DNA of 64,000 nt, from the IMG/VR virus record IMGVR_UViG_3300008107_006173. One strand, written 5' to 3'. The notes under the pieces are model-generated. The model had not been told where the DNA came from. It did not search any database and saw nothing but the letters and a program-made list of their open reading frames with translations. Below are positions 10,341 through 20,390 of the stretch, one piece after another. A program made the translations under genes and the position numbers. This DNA comes from a virus. Its lineage: Duplodnaviria > Caudoviricetes. Each line of letters begins with the position of its first letter. Position 1 is the stretch's first letter.

Positions 10341-11033
10341 TTAGTTCCTTCTAGCACTCTGACTAATCACATCAACTTCTTTGTTCTCAATTCCCTTGCC
10401 CATATTGGCAGTATTATGAATTGTATCCCAAAGTGGCTTTAGATCCTCTCCCATCAATTCATCCTTGTTTGGATAATTGCGGAAATAATCTGCGCCCTTT
10501 TCTGCTTTAATCTTTGCTAGCTCATCTAAAAACTTTTTGTTAAATTCTTCACCAAAGAAAGGACCGTCTTTGTAGAGGTCTGGATTCTGCATTCCATAAT
10601 GTTCTTGATCTTCGTTAGCAAGTACACTTTCCTCTTGCTTTGGTGCGCGGTCTTTATTAAATTCTGTACGCTCTTCAGCATTTTCACTTTCTAATCTACG
10701 AGGATCTTTTACACCATAAACAAGAACACGCTCATGTGGTAAGCCTAAATTAACTGCTAACCATACTTCTAAAATTCTTTCATTAACAGGATACTTGAGA
10801 ACTACATCTGTTGCACAAACTTCTGAAACAAACTTAACACCTTTAGCACGAACAAATTCCATTGGATTTTCTTCGATTGGTCTGCGCTTCCAAGCAGCAG
10901 CACTTACAAGGCCGTATTTCTGTAGTGCATTTTCAAGTTGAGTCATTTGCTCGGCGCCGCAGTTAGCAGCGAACTTAACTCTATATGCGTATTCTTTTTT
11001 GAAGCTTTCAGCGATGAATTCTTTTAGTTGCAT
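10341..11033 (-). CDS. Hypothetical, probable head protein
   Basis: Starts MQLKEFIAES; GGAG RBS; late promoter GATAAATA at 11056-11063. Confidence 0.6.
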   Translation of the reverse strand: MQLKEFIAESFKKEYAYRVKFAANCGAEQMTQLENALQKYGLVSAAAWKRRPIEENPMEFVRAKGVKFVSEVCATDVVLKYPVNERILEVWLAVNLGLPHERVLVYGVKDPRRLESENAEERTEFNKDRAPKQEESVLANEDQEHYGMQNPDLYKDGPFFGEEFNKKFLDELAKIKAEKGADYFRNYPNKDELMGEDLKPLWDTIHNTANMGKGIENKEVDVISQSARRN

Positions 11034-11072
11034 AGTTATGAACTCCTGTTATAACTATTTATCATCTTAGTC

Positions 11073-11100
11073 AAAAAGGAAGGGGCCTAAGCCCCTTCCC
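11073..11100 (-). terminator. Rho-independent terminator
   Basis: GGAAGGGGC-TTAG-GCCCCTTCC-TTTTT. Confidence 0.85.
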
Positions 11101-11145
11101 ATATTACTCTACTCGTCGGGCGTTACAAGTGCCCTACTTATTATA

Positions 11146-11490
11146 TTAAGATACTACTAAACTTGTACCAACTGTTACAGCGGCGCCTGAGAAGTCGTAG
11201 CTGTTAACGGTGGATGTACCGATAGCCTGTAGCTGAGTTTCTAGTGCTACTTCGTCAAACTGTGAACCGTCAACTACGCAGTGGATCTGACCACTTGTGT
11301 TTGATGGTAGGAAGTATGCTAGTGGCTGAATGATCTGTAGAGCACGCTCTACTGCTTCACGAGTAGCATCATCTTCAGTCTGAAGATTTGCACCTGTGTC
11401 AACCATGATTAACTTTAGATTATGTCTGCTGATTAGTGTACCTGTTGCAAATTCTGCAACGCCTGCACCATTACCTTTTGATTGTGGCAT
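11146..11490 (-). CDS. Small hypothetical late protein, probably structural
   Basis: GGAG RBS, late promoter at 11538-11545, own terminator. Confidence 0.6.
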   Translation of the reverse strand: MPQSKGNGAGVAEFATGTLISRHNLKLIMVDTGANLQTEDDATREAVERALQIIQPLAYFLPSNTSGQIHCVVDGSQFDEVALETQLQAIGTSTVNSYDFSGAAVTVGTSLVVS

Positions 11491-11536
11491 TTTGTTTCTC
11501 CTAAAATATATTACTCGACTAAGTCAAGCTATGCAC

Positions 11537-12007
11537 TTATTTATCTTTTTGGTTGATAATTTTAAGTAACTCGTTACGATCAAATTGACTGCTGGATTCT
11601 TCTGGGGACACGCCGTTTGCTTTATCTAATCTTGCTTTTTTAAGCATTAGGTCAACTTGTTTTAGTTTTCGTGTTACTTTACTGTCTTTGGCTTCTAATG
11701 CAATTTTTAGCATCTGAGCAGCATTATTAAAAACAGGGCCTGCTGCCATATCTGTCATGTTCATACCCAATGCCATAAGCTGAGTATAACTGTCTATGGC
11801 TTGCCGAGCAATGTCGTCCATTTCGCCATCATGCGCTTCCATACCACGCACTTCACTGAGTGCCATATTAATTTTTTCACTGATAGTAATAGCATCTTCA
11901 ACAGTTTGAATAGTTGCTATAGGATTTTCAGTTTGGGCGGGCTGTGCAGCACTCAATGCTACATCTAATGGCGGTAAATTAAATTCTTCTTCCAATTTCT
12001 TAGTCAT
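11537..12007 (-). CDS. Helical protein, candidate terminase small subunit
   Basis: 156 aa, coiled-coil KLKQVDLMLKK; near the terminase and head-completion genes; assignment is inference. Confidence 0.45.
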   Translation of the reverse strand: MTKKLEEEFNLPPLDVALSAAQPAQTENPIATIQTVEDAITISEKINMALSEVRGMEAHDGEMDDIARQAIDSYTQLMALGMNMTDMAAGPVFNNAAQMLKIALEAKDSKVTRKLKQVDLMLKKARLDKANGVSPEESSSQFDRNELLKIINQKDK

Positions 12008-12015
12008 AACACTAC

Positions 12016-12486
12016 TTATTGCTTTTTCTTCTTAGCTATACGGCTTCTAGGATTTCTTTTCTTTTTAGTTTGAAAGATTTGATCTTCATTAAGAACTTTA
12101 AATCTTATTCCTTTTCTAGCACACCATTCTTGTGCAGCGGCCCATTTGGCAGCGTTTAACATAGCCTGCGCTTGCTGTTGTTTACTTTTAGCAGCTTCTA
12201 GAGTAGTCTGAGATGATGGTTTAATTTCAATCAGTTCAACATGCTCGCGACCATCCTTATCCATATACTGAATCATAAAGTCAGGAATGTAATTTGCATG
12301 TTTGCCAGTAAATGGATTACGATAGGGAATAGCGATACTTTCATTGGCCCATTTTACAATGTTGGGATGCATATCACACATACGCATGAAAGTTAATTCC
12401 CAACTGCTGCGAAAATAGGGTGCTTTGCTTCCTACATACTTTGCAGGGTTCTGCACAGTATAAACACCTTGTGCAAACGCCGACAT
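12016..12486 (-). CDS. gp4: Head completion nuclease, T4 gp4 / TnsA-like
   Basis: YFRSSWE, WANESIAIPY, YIPDF, LIEIKP, KWAAA motifs; start MSAFAQG inferred. Confidence 0.85.
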   Translation of the reverse strand: MSAFAQGVYTVQNPAKYVGSKAPYFRSSWELTFMRMCDMHPNIVKWANESIAIPYRNPFTGKHANYIPDFMIQYMDKDGREHVELIEIKPSSQTTLEAAKSKQQQAQAMLNAAKWAAAQEWCARKGIRFKVLNEDQIFQTKKKRNPRSRIAKKKKQ

Positions 12487-12487
12487 G

Positions 12488-12952
12488 TTACTTCGCTGTA
12501 TATACTTGTTTGTTGTTGCTGTTAACCTTAGGTGCAACTAAACCAATTCTATTACCCGCGGGCATGAGCGCATTTAATACTTGATAAGTATCGTTGGTTA
12601 ACTGTAAGGTATAGTCATTCATTTCAAAATATGTTAATGGATTAACGCCTTGCTTTTTTGCAGTTTGCATTAAAATATCAGCCATAGCTTTTGCATTGGC
12701 TTCTTCAAAGCCTGCAATAATCAAATGACGGATCACTTGATCTAACAGCATTGGATCAATTACTTCTTGGTCTTCTGAACGAAGTGCAGCCAAGATATTT
12801 GTACTTGCTTCAGGCAAAGGAAAATTTACAGTAGAATTTTCTAAGTACTGTATTAGAGTAGACTTAGAAATTACCTGTTTATTTTCATTACCAAAAGTCT
12901 CAAACATTGAAGATGAGCCATTGATATTTGTTGATGTGTTATTAATAGCCAT
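12488..12952 (-). CDS. Hypothetical protein
   Basis: 154-aa ORF tightly packed in tail operon. Confidence 0.65.
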   Translation of the reverse strand: MAINNTSTNINGSSSMFETFGNENKQVISKSTLIQYLENSTVNFPLPEASTNILAALRSEDQEVIDPMLLDQVIRHLIIAGFEEANAKAMADILMQTAKKQGVNPLTYFEMNDYTLQLTNDTYQVLNALMPAGNRIGLVAPKVNSNNKQVYTAK

Positions 12953-12955
12953 CTA

Positions 12956-14368
12956 TTAACCGCCCGGTGGTTTCTGTGGTGCTGTTTCGCCCTGTTGAGC
13001 AGGCGTTACACCCCTATCTTTAACAGGTCTAGATCTATTATTAGCTAGGTTAGAAGATACCGCACTAACGCTAGTTCCGATAACTGAACCAACTACTGCA
13101 TTCTTAACATTTTTACCGCTAAGTGCTGCGCCCAGTGCTGCGCCTGCTGCATTACCAACTAGATTTTCTAAGAAGCTAGACTTCTTAGACTTACCTAGTG
13201 CGTCTGCAAATCTTGCTGAATCTCCGTATACATCAGGAAGTTTAGCTCGCGTATCACCTTTAAATGTTCCGCCCGATTGACTGGCATTTGCTGCTGCGCC
13301 AGCATCACTTGTGGCCGCGGTTGCCGCTTGAGCAGATGATGGTTGGGCCGCTGTGGTTGTTGATTGCCCTGGGGCAGTAGGCTGTGTGGCTGTTGGCGTT
13401 GTTGGTGTTACTACCTTTGGTTGGCCGCTACGGCTGCGGGATTTGCCGCCGGTGCCGCCGGCAGATGCGGGTGCGCCTAACGTATCTAAACTTGTAGGAG
13501 TTGCTGGAGATTCTTTTGTACCAATTGCAATTGGTTTGCGACCTTCTTCAAACGCAGGGCCAACAAATTTATAGCCTTGTTCAAATCTTTGAACGTCGGC
13601 GTCAGTTAATGAAAAATTAGTAACGCTATATGGAACAAAGTTTTCGTAATCAAATGTTAGTTCGTATTCAAGTATATCACTAGATGAATAATCAATATCA
13701 CCCATCTTTAGTGATTTAAGCGTAGGATTTATAATACTGTACTGAACACCTTTGTTACCGTGATATAAAATAAAATCAATTCTTTCAAAGAAATTTGGAT
13801 CTTGGTTAGTATTATATCCGTAGGCATTACTATCGTATACTGTTTCTTGATCAATATTAGGTGTTCCGGTTGCGGCTGTTTGTGCTCCTGCTGTCCCTCC
13901 AAATACTGAATTTTGCATAAGAGTAGAAGTACCAGCTGGGCGAACAGGATCTCTGTCAGTTCTAAGTGTTTTATTTCTCACATTCATAAAATGATAAGAA
14001 TAATAATTCATTAACAATGATAACCATTCATTGCCAACTGTATCCATAACAGTTAGCGAAACTGGATCGTAATCAACACCAGTTTGAATTATCTTTTTAC
14101 GATTATATGAATTTTTAGTTTCTGTTTTAAAAGTAATATCAGGAAGCGATGCCTTGCGGACTAAACTACTGATCTGAGTTCTAAAAACAGAATTATCAAC
14201 TGATCCAAAAAGGCTAGCAAATAATTCTCGATTGAGAATAAAATTTACATAGCCCTGAAATTTTTGTCTAGGAGGATTAGTATCAGGTCTTAGGTGATAA
14301 GCATTGCGGAAGTCTCGGGCATAAAATGATCGTCCTGATCCTATGCCTAGTTTATCAAATAAACCCAT
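12956..14368 (-). CDS. Tail-tube-fold protein (tube initiator/baseplate-like) with low-complexity C-terminus
   Basis: VRKASLPDITF..YNRKKIIQTGVDYDPVSLTVMD resembles tube-protein motifs; Thr/Ala/Pro-rich tail. Confidence 0.6.
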   Translation of the reverse strand: MGLFDKLGIGSGRSFYARDFRNAYHLRPDTNPPRQKFQGYVNFILNRELFASLFGSVDNSVFRTQISSLVRKASLPDITFKTETKNSYNRKKIIQTGVDYDPVSLTVMDTVGNEWLSLLMNYYSYHFMNVRNKTLRTDRDPVRPAGTSTLMQNSVFGGTAGAQTAATGTPNIDQETVYDSNAYGYNTNQDPNFFERIDFILYHGNKGVQYSIINPTLKSLKMGDIDYSSSDILEYELTFDYENFVPYSVTNFSLTDADVQRFEQGYKFVGPAFEEGRKPIAIGTKESPATPTSLDTLGAPASAGGTGGKSRSRSGQPKVVTPTTPTATQPTAPGQSTTTAAQPSSAQAATAATSDAGAAANASQSGGTFKGDTRAKLPDVYGDSARFADALGKSKKSSFLENLVGNAAGAALGAALSGKNVKNAVVGSVIGTSVSAVSSNLANNRSRPVKDRGVTPAQQGETAPQKPPGG

Positions 14369-14402
14369 GTCGAGACTCCGCTATACTTTATCCTCTAACC
14401 TA

Positions 14403-15041
14403 TTAAGCTGTTGTGCCTGGCTCGTTAAATGCTACTGCTTCAGGGAATGGGTTACCGGCTGTTACGCGACCGTTAACATCGTTATCACCCTGATAGTGTG
14501 TTGCGTTATCAAAGCGAATCTGTAGAGTAATCTGTACAGGATCGTTTGCGCTATAGTCAGCATCACTGTAGTCAACATTGGTTAAGAAGGCGCCTTCTAG
14601 GAACCAAACTTCACTTGCGCCAGCGTTAACACCGTCAAGTACTTCGATCTGCATATCAAACTTATAGTCTGAACCTGCGGCAGCAGTTGTCTGCTGGAAG
14701 TGGTTAACCTGACGCTGTACTTGAGAACCTACCATCTTTGTTACGCTGTTGCTGATATCATCACGAAGCACAACAGTTACCTGTTCCCAACTATGCTTGC
14801 CCTGTACATATGCCTTTGAGTTGTAACTGTCAATAGTTACTTCTTCATATGTAATCTTTGGACGGGTAACGTTCTGAACATTTTGTGTTAACACTCTTGA
14901 TTCAGCTTCACCACCAAAACCACCTAAAAAGCTAACACGGAAACGATACTTTAGTTTAGGCATTAGAATGCCGGAACCACTTGTACCGGTAATTGGAACA
15001 CCAAACTTACTCTTGGTTTCCGATGTGTTGATATTTGCCAT
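14403..15041 (-). CDS. gp19: Tail tube protein
   Basis: PKLKYRFRV, VTRPKITYEE, WEQVTVVLRDD, LQIRFDNA; follows the sheath gene; late promoter 15097-15104. Confidence 0.85.
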   Translation of the reverse strand: MANINTSETKSKFGVPITGTSGSGILMPKLKYRFRVSFLGGFGGEAESRVLTQNVQNVTRPKITYEEVTIDSYNSKAYVQGKHSWEQVTVVLRDDISNSVTKMVGSQVQRQVNHFQQTTAAAGSDYKFDMQIEVLDGVNAGASEVWFLEGAFLTNVDYSDADYSANDPVQITLQIRFDNATHYQGDNDVNGRVTAGNPFPEAVAFNEPGTTA

Positions 15042-15142
15042 CTTGTTCTCCTACGAACTATAAAAAGTTAAAACTTCAAAAAGTTTTGTATGTAGATATT
15101 TATCATATTATTTCAAAAATCATAAACTCTTGCTTTAATTCC

Positions 15143-15178
15143 AAAAGAAAAGGGGCATTTCTGCCCCTTTTCTATTTT
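15143..15178. terminator. Terminator, potentially bidirectional
   Basis: AGAAAAGGGGCA-TTTC-TGCCCCTTTTCT. Confidence 0.8.
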
Positions 15179-15195
15179 TAAGAGTTTGTTCTCTA

Positions 15196-17805
15196 TTAAC
15201 CAGTTGTACCAAGTGTGTTCTGGATACGAATTGGAATGTAGATAAACTCAACTGCTTTGACTGGCTGAATAGCAACATCAATATGTAGCTCATTGCGGTC
15301 AATTCTTGCAGGTGTATTGTTTGTTGTATCACAAACTGTTAAGAAGTCAAACAAACCACGCTGTGTTACTAGCTGACCTAAGAAGCGGTCAACTACAACC
15401 TTAGCGTTTTGACGTGTAACTTCATCGTTTGGCTCAAACAAGAATGGCTTAACGATATCATCTAGACGCTCACGAATGTAAACAACTAGACGTGCTACGT
15501 TAATACGATCCAATGCGCTGGCTGTTGGGTTTAGGGTCTTTTGACCAAACACCGCAATACCTCTTCCTGGGAAGTTGCTGATTGGGTTTAACTTGTTAAC
15601 GTATAAGCTATCTCGCTGACCTTCACTTAGCGCAACACTCACAAACTCAGCTGTATCAGCGTTGATATAACCTAAGCCAGTTGCGTTAGTTACAATACCG
15701 CGCTGGAAGCCGGCTGGTGCAAACCATGGGAAAGCAACATTATCGTTATAAGCAAGTGTGCGTAGCGCAATATGACTTGCTGGAACAACAACATTTGTAC
15801 CGTCTAGGTTTGTTGTTAAGCCGTGTGGGTAATAAACTGCTGCATAAGCATTGCTGCTTACTAGGCCGTCTTCACCATTTTCTTCTGCATTGTTTGAGTT
15901 AGTTGCCCATGCTTGGGTTGCTGTTGAACTTGATGCTAGGCGTAGAGGAGCGTCAGCAACAATAAATGCTGTTTCCTTACGATCAACATTTAAGCTGATC
16001 ATTTCATCTAGCAGTTCTGGATATCCAGGTGCTGCAATTAGATTGAAACGGTTTACTTCGTTACGAATGTCAGTGTTGCTAACAATAGCAGCCTGCATTT
16101 GTTTTACAACTGCGCGGCGTTGAGCCTTGCGTAGCATGTGTGGACTACCATTGCTCTTATTACCACTGTAGTTTACCCAGCGATCGCCTACCAATACACC
16201 TTCATGTGTATGGCCAACTACCCATTGCTTAACGTTGCCGCCACTAGCGCGAGTGTTCCAGCCAAGAATTAAGTTTGGATATTCTGCGCCTGATGGTGCA
16301 TCTCCGTCAAGTGAGCTACCAGCGTCAACACGGAAATCAGCAAATACAACACCCATATCAGTTTCTTGATCGGTGTTATCTATTAGAATCCATTCGCTGC
16401 CTGTAGCATCCCATAGATAAATCTTTGGGAAGTTTTCTAAGTCGCTGCCGTCAATCCAAATATCGCCGCCTACTAACGCAGTACCGTCACTCTGTACAGT
16501 TGGTTCAGTGGCTTTTACTTGAACATCAGTATTATATGTTACCCAAGTACCGTTGTTATTATATAACAAGTCAATGTTATCAGCAGTGATATTATCGTCA
16601 TACCAAAGAGTACCGTCTACTGTATCGCCGCTAAGAGCAGTTGCACTTACTTCGTAGCTTAAAAATTCCCAATTTGAATATGCAAGATCAGCATTAAAGT
16701 TTAGATCAGTTGGATCAAATCCTGCAACATTACCAGCACTTAATACAATATCATACCCATCTGTATTTGTAATGGTTAACAATCCGCTCACATTAGCAGC
16801 TAATGCAGAACCTGTTCTTGAAAGTGTAGCATTAGCACCGCTAATAGCATTATTGATATCAGTTGCCATGTTGTCTACAGTAGCGTTTACGTTACCAGTT
16901 GTAAATGTAACATTAACTGGTGTGCCGTCGCCAAATGTAAAGGACAATGAAATCTTATTAGCGTGACTGGCTAGTACAACCGCATTTGCAGCAGCGGCTG
17001 AACTTTGTGTAGCGGTAACTGTGCCGTCGCCGTTCCAACGCTTTAGTCGTAATGTTGCTTCACCTGATACTGTATCAGCCCAAAGAGCGCCTTCGGCTGG
17101 ATTAAATCCGTATGCTGAAAGTGCTTGATATGACAGATCCTTAACGAAAATTTCGTCTGTTGTAAACTGAGCAGCGGCTGAATCGTATACTTTAACTGTT
17201 AAAGTTGTACCGTTGTTTTGAGCGTCAGTTTGTAACATGAGGTCACCAGCTACTAAGCTGCCGCCGCCGCTGCGGGTGTTCTTAGGAACGTTACCTGCTT
17301 CTAGATCAGAAACAGCAGGAATCTTAACGCTTTGGCGTACCCATGCAGTACCGCTCCAACGCTTTAGACCCCAAACTGTTGAGGATGAGTCTAGCCAGTA
17401 AGTGCCATCTGCAGGATCGCCAGCTGGCGCAACTGAACTTGCTGCCAGTTGGTCTAGGTCAATATCTGCGCGAAGAATATACGCACGGTTAGCAATACCT
17501 AAGAAACTATAGGCTGCTAGTAGTCCGTATTCGTTTAATTCGTGACCATGTAGTGCGGTGCCACCTGAAGTTTTGAAAACTGGGTTACCGTAATTTGTTA
17601 GTAAGTCGCGCTGACTTGTGATCAACTTGACGTTAGCTGCTTCTGCGGCTGTAGTGTATGCCGCTGTTCCTGTGCCATCGGGTGAGCTCTTGTCTTGAGC
17701 TGTAGCGATGACTAGTAGAGGAACTGTACCAGTACCAGCTGGAGCGTAAAAACTTTCGTCAGTTACGCTTACGCTTACGCCTGGTGATACTAATGTTCTT
17801 GCCAT
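15196..17805 (-). CDS. gp18: Contractile tail sheath protein
   Basis: LVSPGVSVSVTDES, PWFAPAG..RG, FGQKTL, DRINVARL, FEPND, EFIYIPI; late promoter 17842-17849. Confidence 0.95.
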   Translation of the reverse strand: MARTLVSPGVSVSVTDESFYAPAGTGTVPLLVIATAQDKSSPDGTGTAAYTTAAEAANVKLITSQRDLLTNYGNPVFKTSGGTALHGHELNEYGLLAAYSFLGIANRAYILRADIDLDQLAASSVAPAGDPADGTYWLDSSSTVWGLKRWSGTAWVRQSVKIPAVSDLEAGNVPKNTRSGGGSLVAGDLMLQTDAQNNGTTLTVKVYDSAAAQFTTDEIFVKDLSYQALSAYGFNPAEGALWADTVSGEATLRLKRWNGDGTVTATQSSAAAANAVVLASHANKISLSFTFGDGTPVNVTFTTGNVNATVDNMATDINNAISGANATLSRTGSALAANVSGLLTITNTDGYDIVLSAGNVAGFDPTDLNFNADLAYSNWEFLSYEVSATALSGDTVDGTLWYDDNITADNIDLLYNNNGTWVTYNTDVQVKATEPTVQSDGTALVGGDIWIDGSDLENFPKIYLWDATGSEWILIDNTDQETDMGVVFADFRVDAGSSLDGDAPSGAEYPNLILGWNTRASGGNVKQWVVGHTHEGVLVGDRWVNYSGNKSNGSPHMLRKAQRRAVVKQMQAAIVSNTDIRNEVNRFNLIAAPGYPELLDEMISLNVDRKETAFIVADAPLRLASSSTATQAWATNSNNAEENGEDGLVSSNAYAAVYYPHGLTTNLDGTNVVVPASHIALRTLAYNDNVAFPWFAPAGFQRGIVTNATGLGYINADTAEFVSVALSEGQRDSLYVNKLNPISNFPGRGIAVFGQKTLNPTASALDRINVARLVVYIRERLDDIVKPFLFEPNDEVTRQNAKVVVDRFLGQLVTQRGLFDFLTVCDTTNNTPARIDRNELHIDVAIQPVKAVEFIYIPIRIQNTLGTTG

Positions 17806-17918
17806 TTTTGTTCTCCCATAAAAGGTTGGTTTGTATGCATATATTTATGCAAAACACCCCTAAACCGGTATTATTAGGAGAAGCAAGATTTAAAAATGAT
17901 AAAAAATGCTAAATAGCC

Positions 17919-18572
17919 TCAGACCACGCTGAGGTGAGTTTTAAATAAGTTGCGTTGCAGATCATTGACCAGTTTGTCTAGATCTTCCATGCTGCCATTG
18001 TTATTAATAATGTAGTCAACTGGAAAGCCCGCCCAATTCCATTCGCTCTCATGTACATCGCGCCAGCGAGTTTGCATTATCTTACGAGCAATAGCATTAC
18101 CCTCATTTGCTTTAACAGCATCATCAAACCATAGAGGTAACTCGCCGCGCTGCACCCAAACAACAATACCATTTAGGCTTTTGATTAGCTCGAGTTCATT
18201 TCTAAATCTAGCATCACTAATAACAACATTTTGATCGCTGTTTTTAATTCTAAATCTATATTCTAAACTTGACAACCAGATGTCCTGATGAAAATGATTG
18301 CGTAGCACATCTGTGCCCACTAGCTGAAGTGCGAGTCGCGGGGTAAAATTGTCAATGCCTAGTTTACGAGCCCAAAACATATCTGGTGTTTCGCGAAACT
18401 CTCGACTTTCTATTGTGTCGCCTTCAAGTAATGCTCGTGGCCAACCAAAAATAGCTGCACATGCATCTTTAAGAGGTGTAGCAAAACTATCTTTAATACA
18501 CCCACACGAAATAAACCGACTAGCAACTGTATCCTTGCCGCTACCAATAAATCCAACTAAACCAATAATCAT
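17919..18572 (-). CDS. gp1: Deoxynucleoside monophosphate kinase
   Basis: IIGLVGFIGSGKDT, SFATPLKD, TPRLALQLVGTD, VVISDARF.NE. Confidence 0.9.
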   Translation of the reverse strand: MIIGLVGFIGSGKDTVASRFISCGCIKDSFATPLKDACAAIFGWPRALLEGDTIESREFRETPDMFWARKLGIDNFTPRLALQLVGTDVLRNHFHQDIWLSSLEYRFRIKNSDQNVVISDARFRNELELIKSLNGIVVWVQRGELPLWFDDAVKANEGNAIARKIMQTRWRDVHESEWNWAGFPVDYIINNNGSMEDLDKLVNDLQRNLFKTHLSVV

Positions 18573-19612
18573 TATTTTTCCTTAATATATGTAAATGTGG
18601 ATTCGCCAAGACCATTGTGCTTACCGCACTGGTGAGCGCATCGCTCTAATCTATTTTCGTTAGTCCAACTATCTTCAATCACCTTAAACCACGCACCATT
18701 AACTATTTCATCAAGTGATGTAAAATTAAGATTAGCTTTTTCTGGGCCGCCAGCTAGGTTCATCAACGATTTAAACTTTTCAAACTCGTGATGTTGCTCT
18801 GCTTCATATCCATAAAGTCTGTCAGATAAAAAGCCGCAATGAAAAACATAACCATCAGCACCAATATATATCATCTTAAACTGCATCGCTATGCAGTCAA
18901 TTGGAACTGTTGCATATGATGCTTTATCAAAATTTATATAACCAGGATTGATTAGTTCTTTTTTAGTTGGCGGGCTAATGAAATAAATTTTATTTGTATC
19001 TACTACTGTAGTTCTTGCCACACGCTCATGCTTTTTATCAACAAATCTAGTAGTTCGCTTGAGTAAAAAGTCTGAGAAGCCTAGTTCGTTTGCCAGTTGT
19101 TTAGCAGCATCTACTTGATGTTCATTGTGTTCAAAGGGAAGAAATTGCCATACACTATTGCCGCCAGCAGCATTAAACGCTGCTATATTTTCCATCAATC
19201 TCTTCCAGCTTACGCCTCTACGATAAAGATGATTTGTATCTTCTAGACCATCAATACCAAACACAACCTTATCTTTTGTCCCTAAACTATTAGCCAGTTC
19301 CTTCCAAAAAGAAGGCTTACGCATCCCGCCGTTGGTATTAATTGTAATATTTGCATTTGATACTGTTTTTAACCAATGGACGATTTCAACAATATTAGGA
19401 TGTACGCATGGATCACCATAGGTGCCACAAAGCCTAATTACTTTTATTTTAGACATAAAGTCCAATGGTAGTTTTTCTTTCAGCCATGGCAATGACATCG
19501 ATGCAATGGGCAAAGACGGCCATCTAGGGCCGCCGTAAAAATTTCTTGAACATTGCGGACATGCCGCATTACAATTAGTTGTGAGTTCTAATTCGAGGAA
19601 CTCGACTTGCAT
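18572..19612 (-). CDS. Radical SAM protein with C-terminal Cys cluster
   Basis: CNAACPQC (CxxxCxxC), GTYGDP, TNGG, C-terminal C..C..CAHQC. Confidence 0.85.
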   Translation of the reverse strand: MQVEFLELELTTNCNAACPQCSRNFYGGPRWPSLPIASMSLPWLKEKLPLDFMSKIKVIRLCGTYGDPCVHPNIVEIVHWLKTVSNANITINTNGGMRKPSFWKELANSLGTKDKVVFGIDGLEDTNHLYRRGVSWKRLMENIAAFNAAGGNSVWQFLPFEHNEHQVDAAKQLANELGFSDFLLKRTTRFVDKKHERVARTTVVDTNKIYFISPPTKKELINPGYINFDKASYATVPIDCIAMQFKMIYIGADGYVFHCGFLSDRLYGYEAEQHHEFEKFKSLMNLAGGPEKANLNFTSLDEIVNGAWFKVIEDSWTNENRLERCAHQCGKHNGLGESTFTYIKEK

Positions 19613-19617
19613 ATGTC

Positions 19618-20376
19618 TTAGCCAATTATAAATCCTAAAGGACTGTTGCCTTCTTCCATATTATGGAGAGCAACTAGTAGTTCATCAATTTCTGTTTTGC
19701 CTTCTGCCTTAAGGTCAGCACCATTAAGTTGGATGGCGCCGCCTGCGCCAGGAAGTCCACTAGCATATTTGCTACGAGCTTCGCCTAACATTAATTTACA
19801 ATGTGCTAAAGAATATGATGCTAACCATTGACTAGCATAAATGTCGCCAAGCAAAATCATTTCAGGTATAAAGTTATATACCCCAATAGCAACTTCTTCC
19901 TCATGGTTAACATTACGAAGAATTTTTAATACCTTAGTATTGCGGTTCCATAGAAAGTTATATTCACTACCAAACACACGACCAATAGTTTCTTTATATT
20001 GTGCAAACGCATCAAATACAGCAAGACCACCAATCTGACCTGCTTGTAGCATGTACATGTTGTTAAATGCCACATCAAACGGATCAAAGTTTGTTCCGCC
20101 GCCGCTATTGGTACCAATACCTCTGCGGTAAAGTCTACGAACTTCAATTACTTCATCAGGTAGTGTATACTCTGTGATACCGCCTTGAGTTTGAATAAAG
20201 ATAACACTTTCTTCAACTGAGCCGCTGCTCAACTGTCTGTATTTTCCTAACGCGATGTCAATAGCAGTATCGTAATGTTCGCGGTCAAGCTCCACATCAA
20301 CCATGCCGTCGCCTAAGCGATTTTTTAAGCTCTTTATTAGGTCTTCCCTGCTGCTGTATCCGATAGTATTTGCCAT
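19618..20376 (-). CDS. gp13: Neck protein gp13-like
   Basis: LGDGMVDVELD, LGEARSKY, LPGAGGAIQLNG. Confidence 0.8.
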   Translation of the reverse strand: MANTIGYSSREDLIKSLKNRLGDGMVDVELDREHYDTAIDIALGKYRQLSSGSVEESVIFIQTQGGITEYTLPDEVIEVRRLYRRGIGTNSGGGTNFDPFDVAFNNMYMLQAGQIGGLAVFDAFAQYKETIGRVFGSEYNFLWNRNTKVLKILRNVNHEEEVAIGVYNFIPEMILLGDIYASQWLASYSLAHCKLMLGEARSKYASGLPGAGGAIQLNGADLKAEGKTEIDELLVALHNMEEGNSPLGFIIG

Positions 20377-20381
20377 ACTAC

Positions 20382-20389
20382 TATTTATC
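20382..20389 (-). promoter_or_regulatory. Late promoter GATAAATA, 5 nt before ATG
   Basis: GATAAATA-GTAGT-ATG. Confidence 0.75.
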
Positions 20390-20390
20390 T

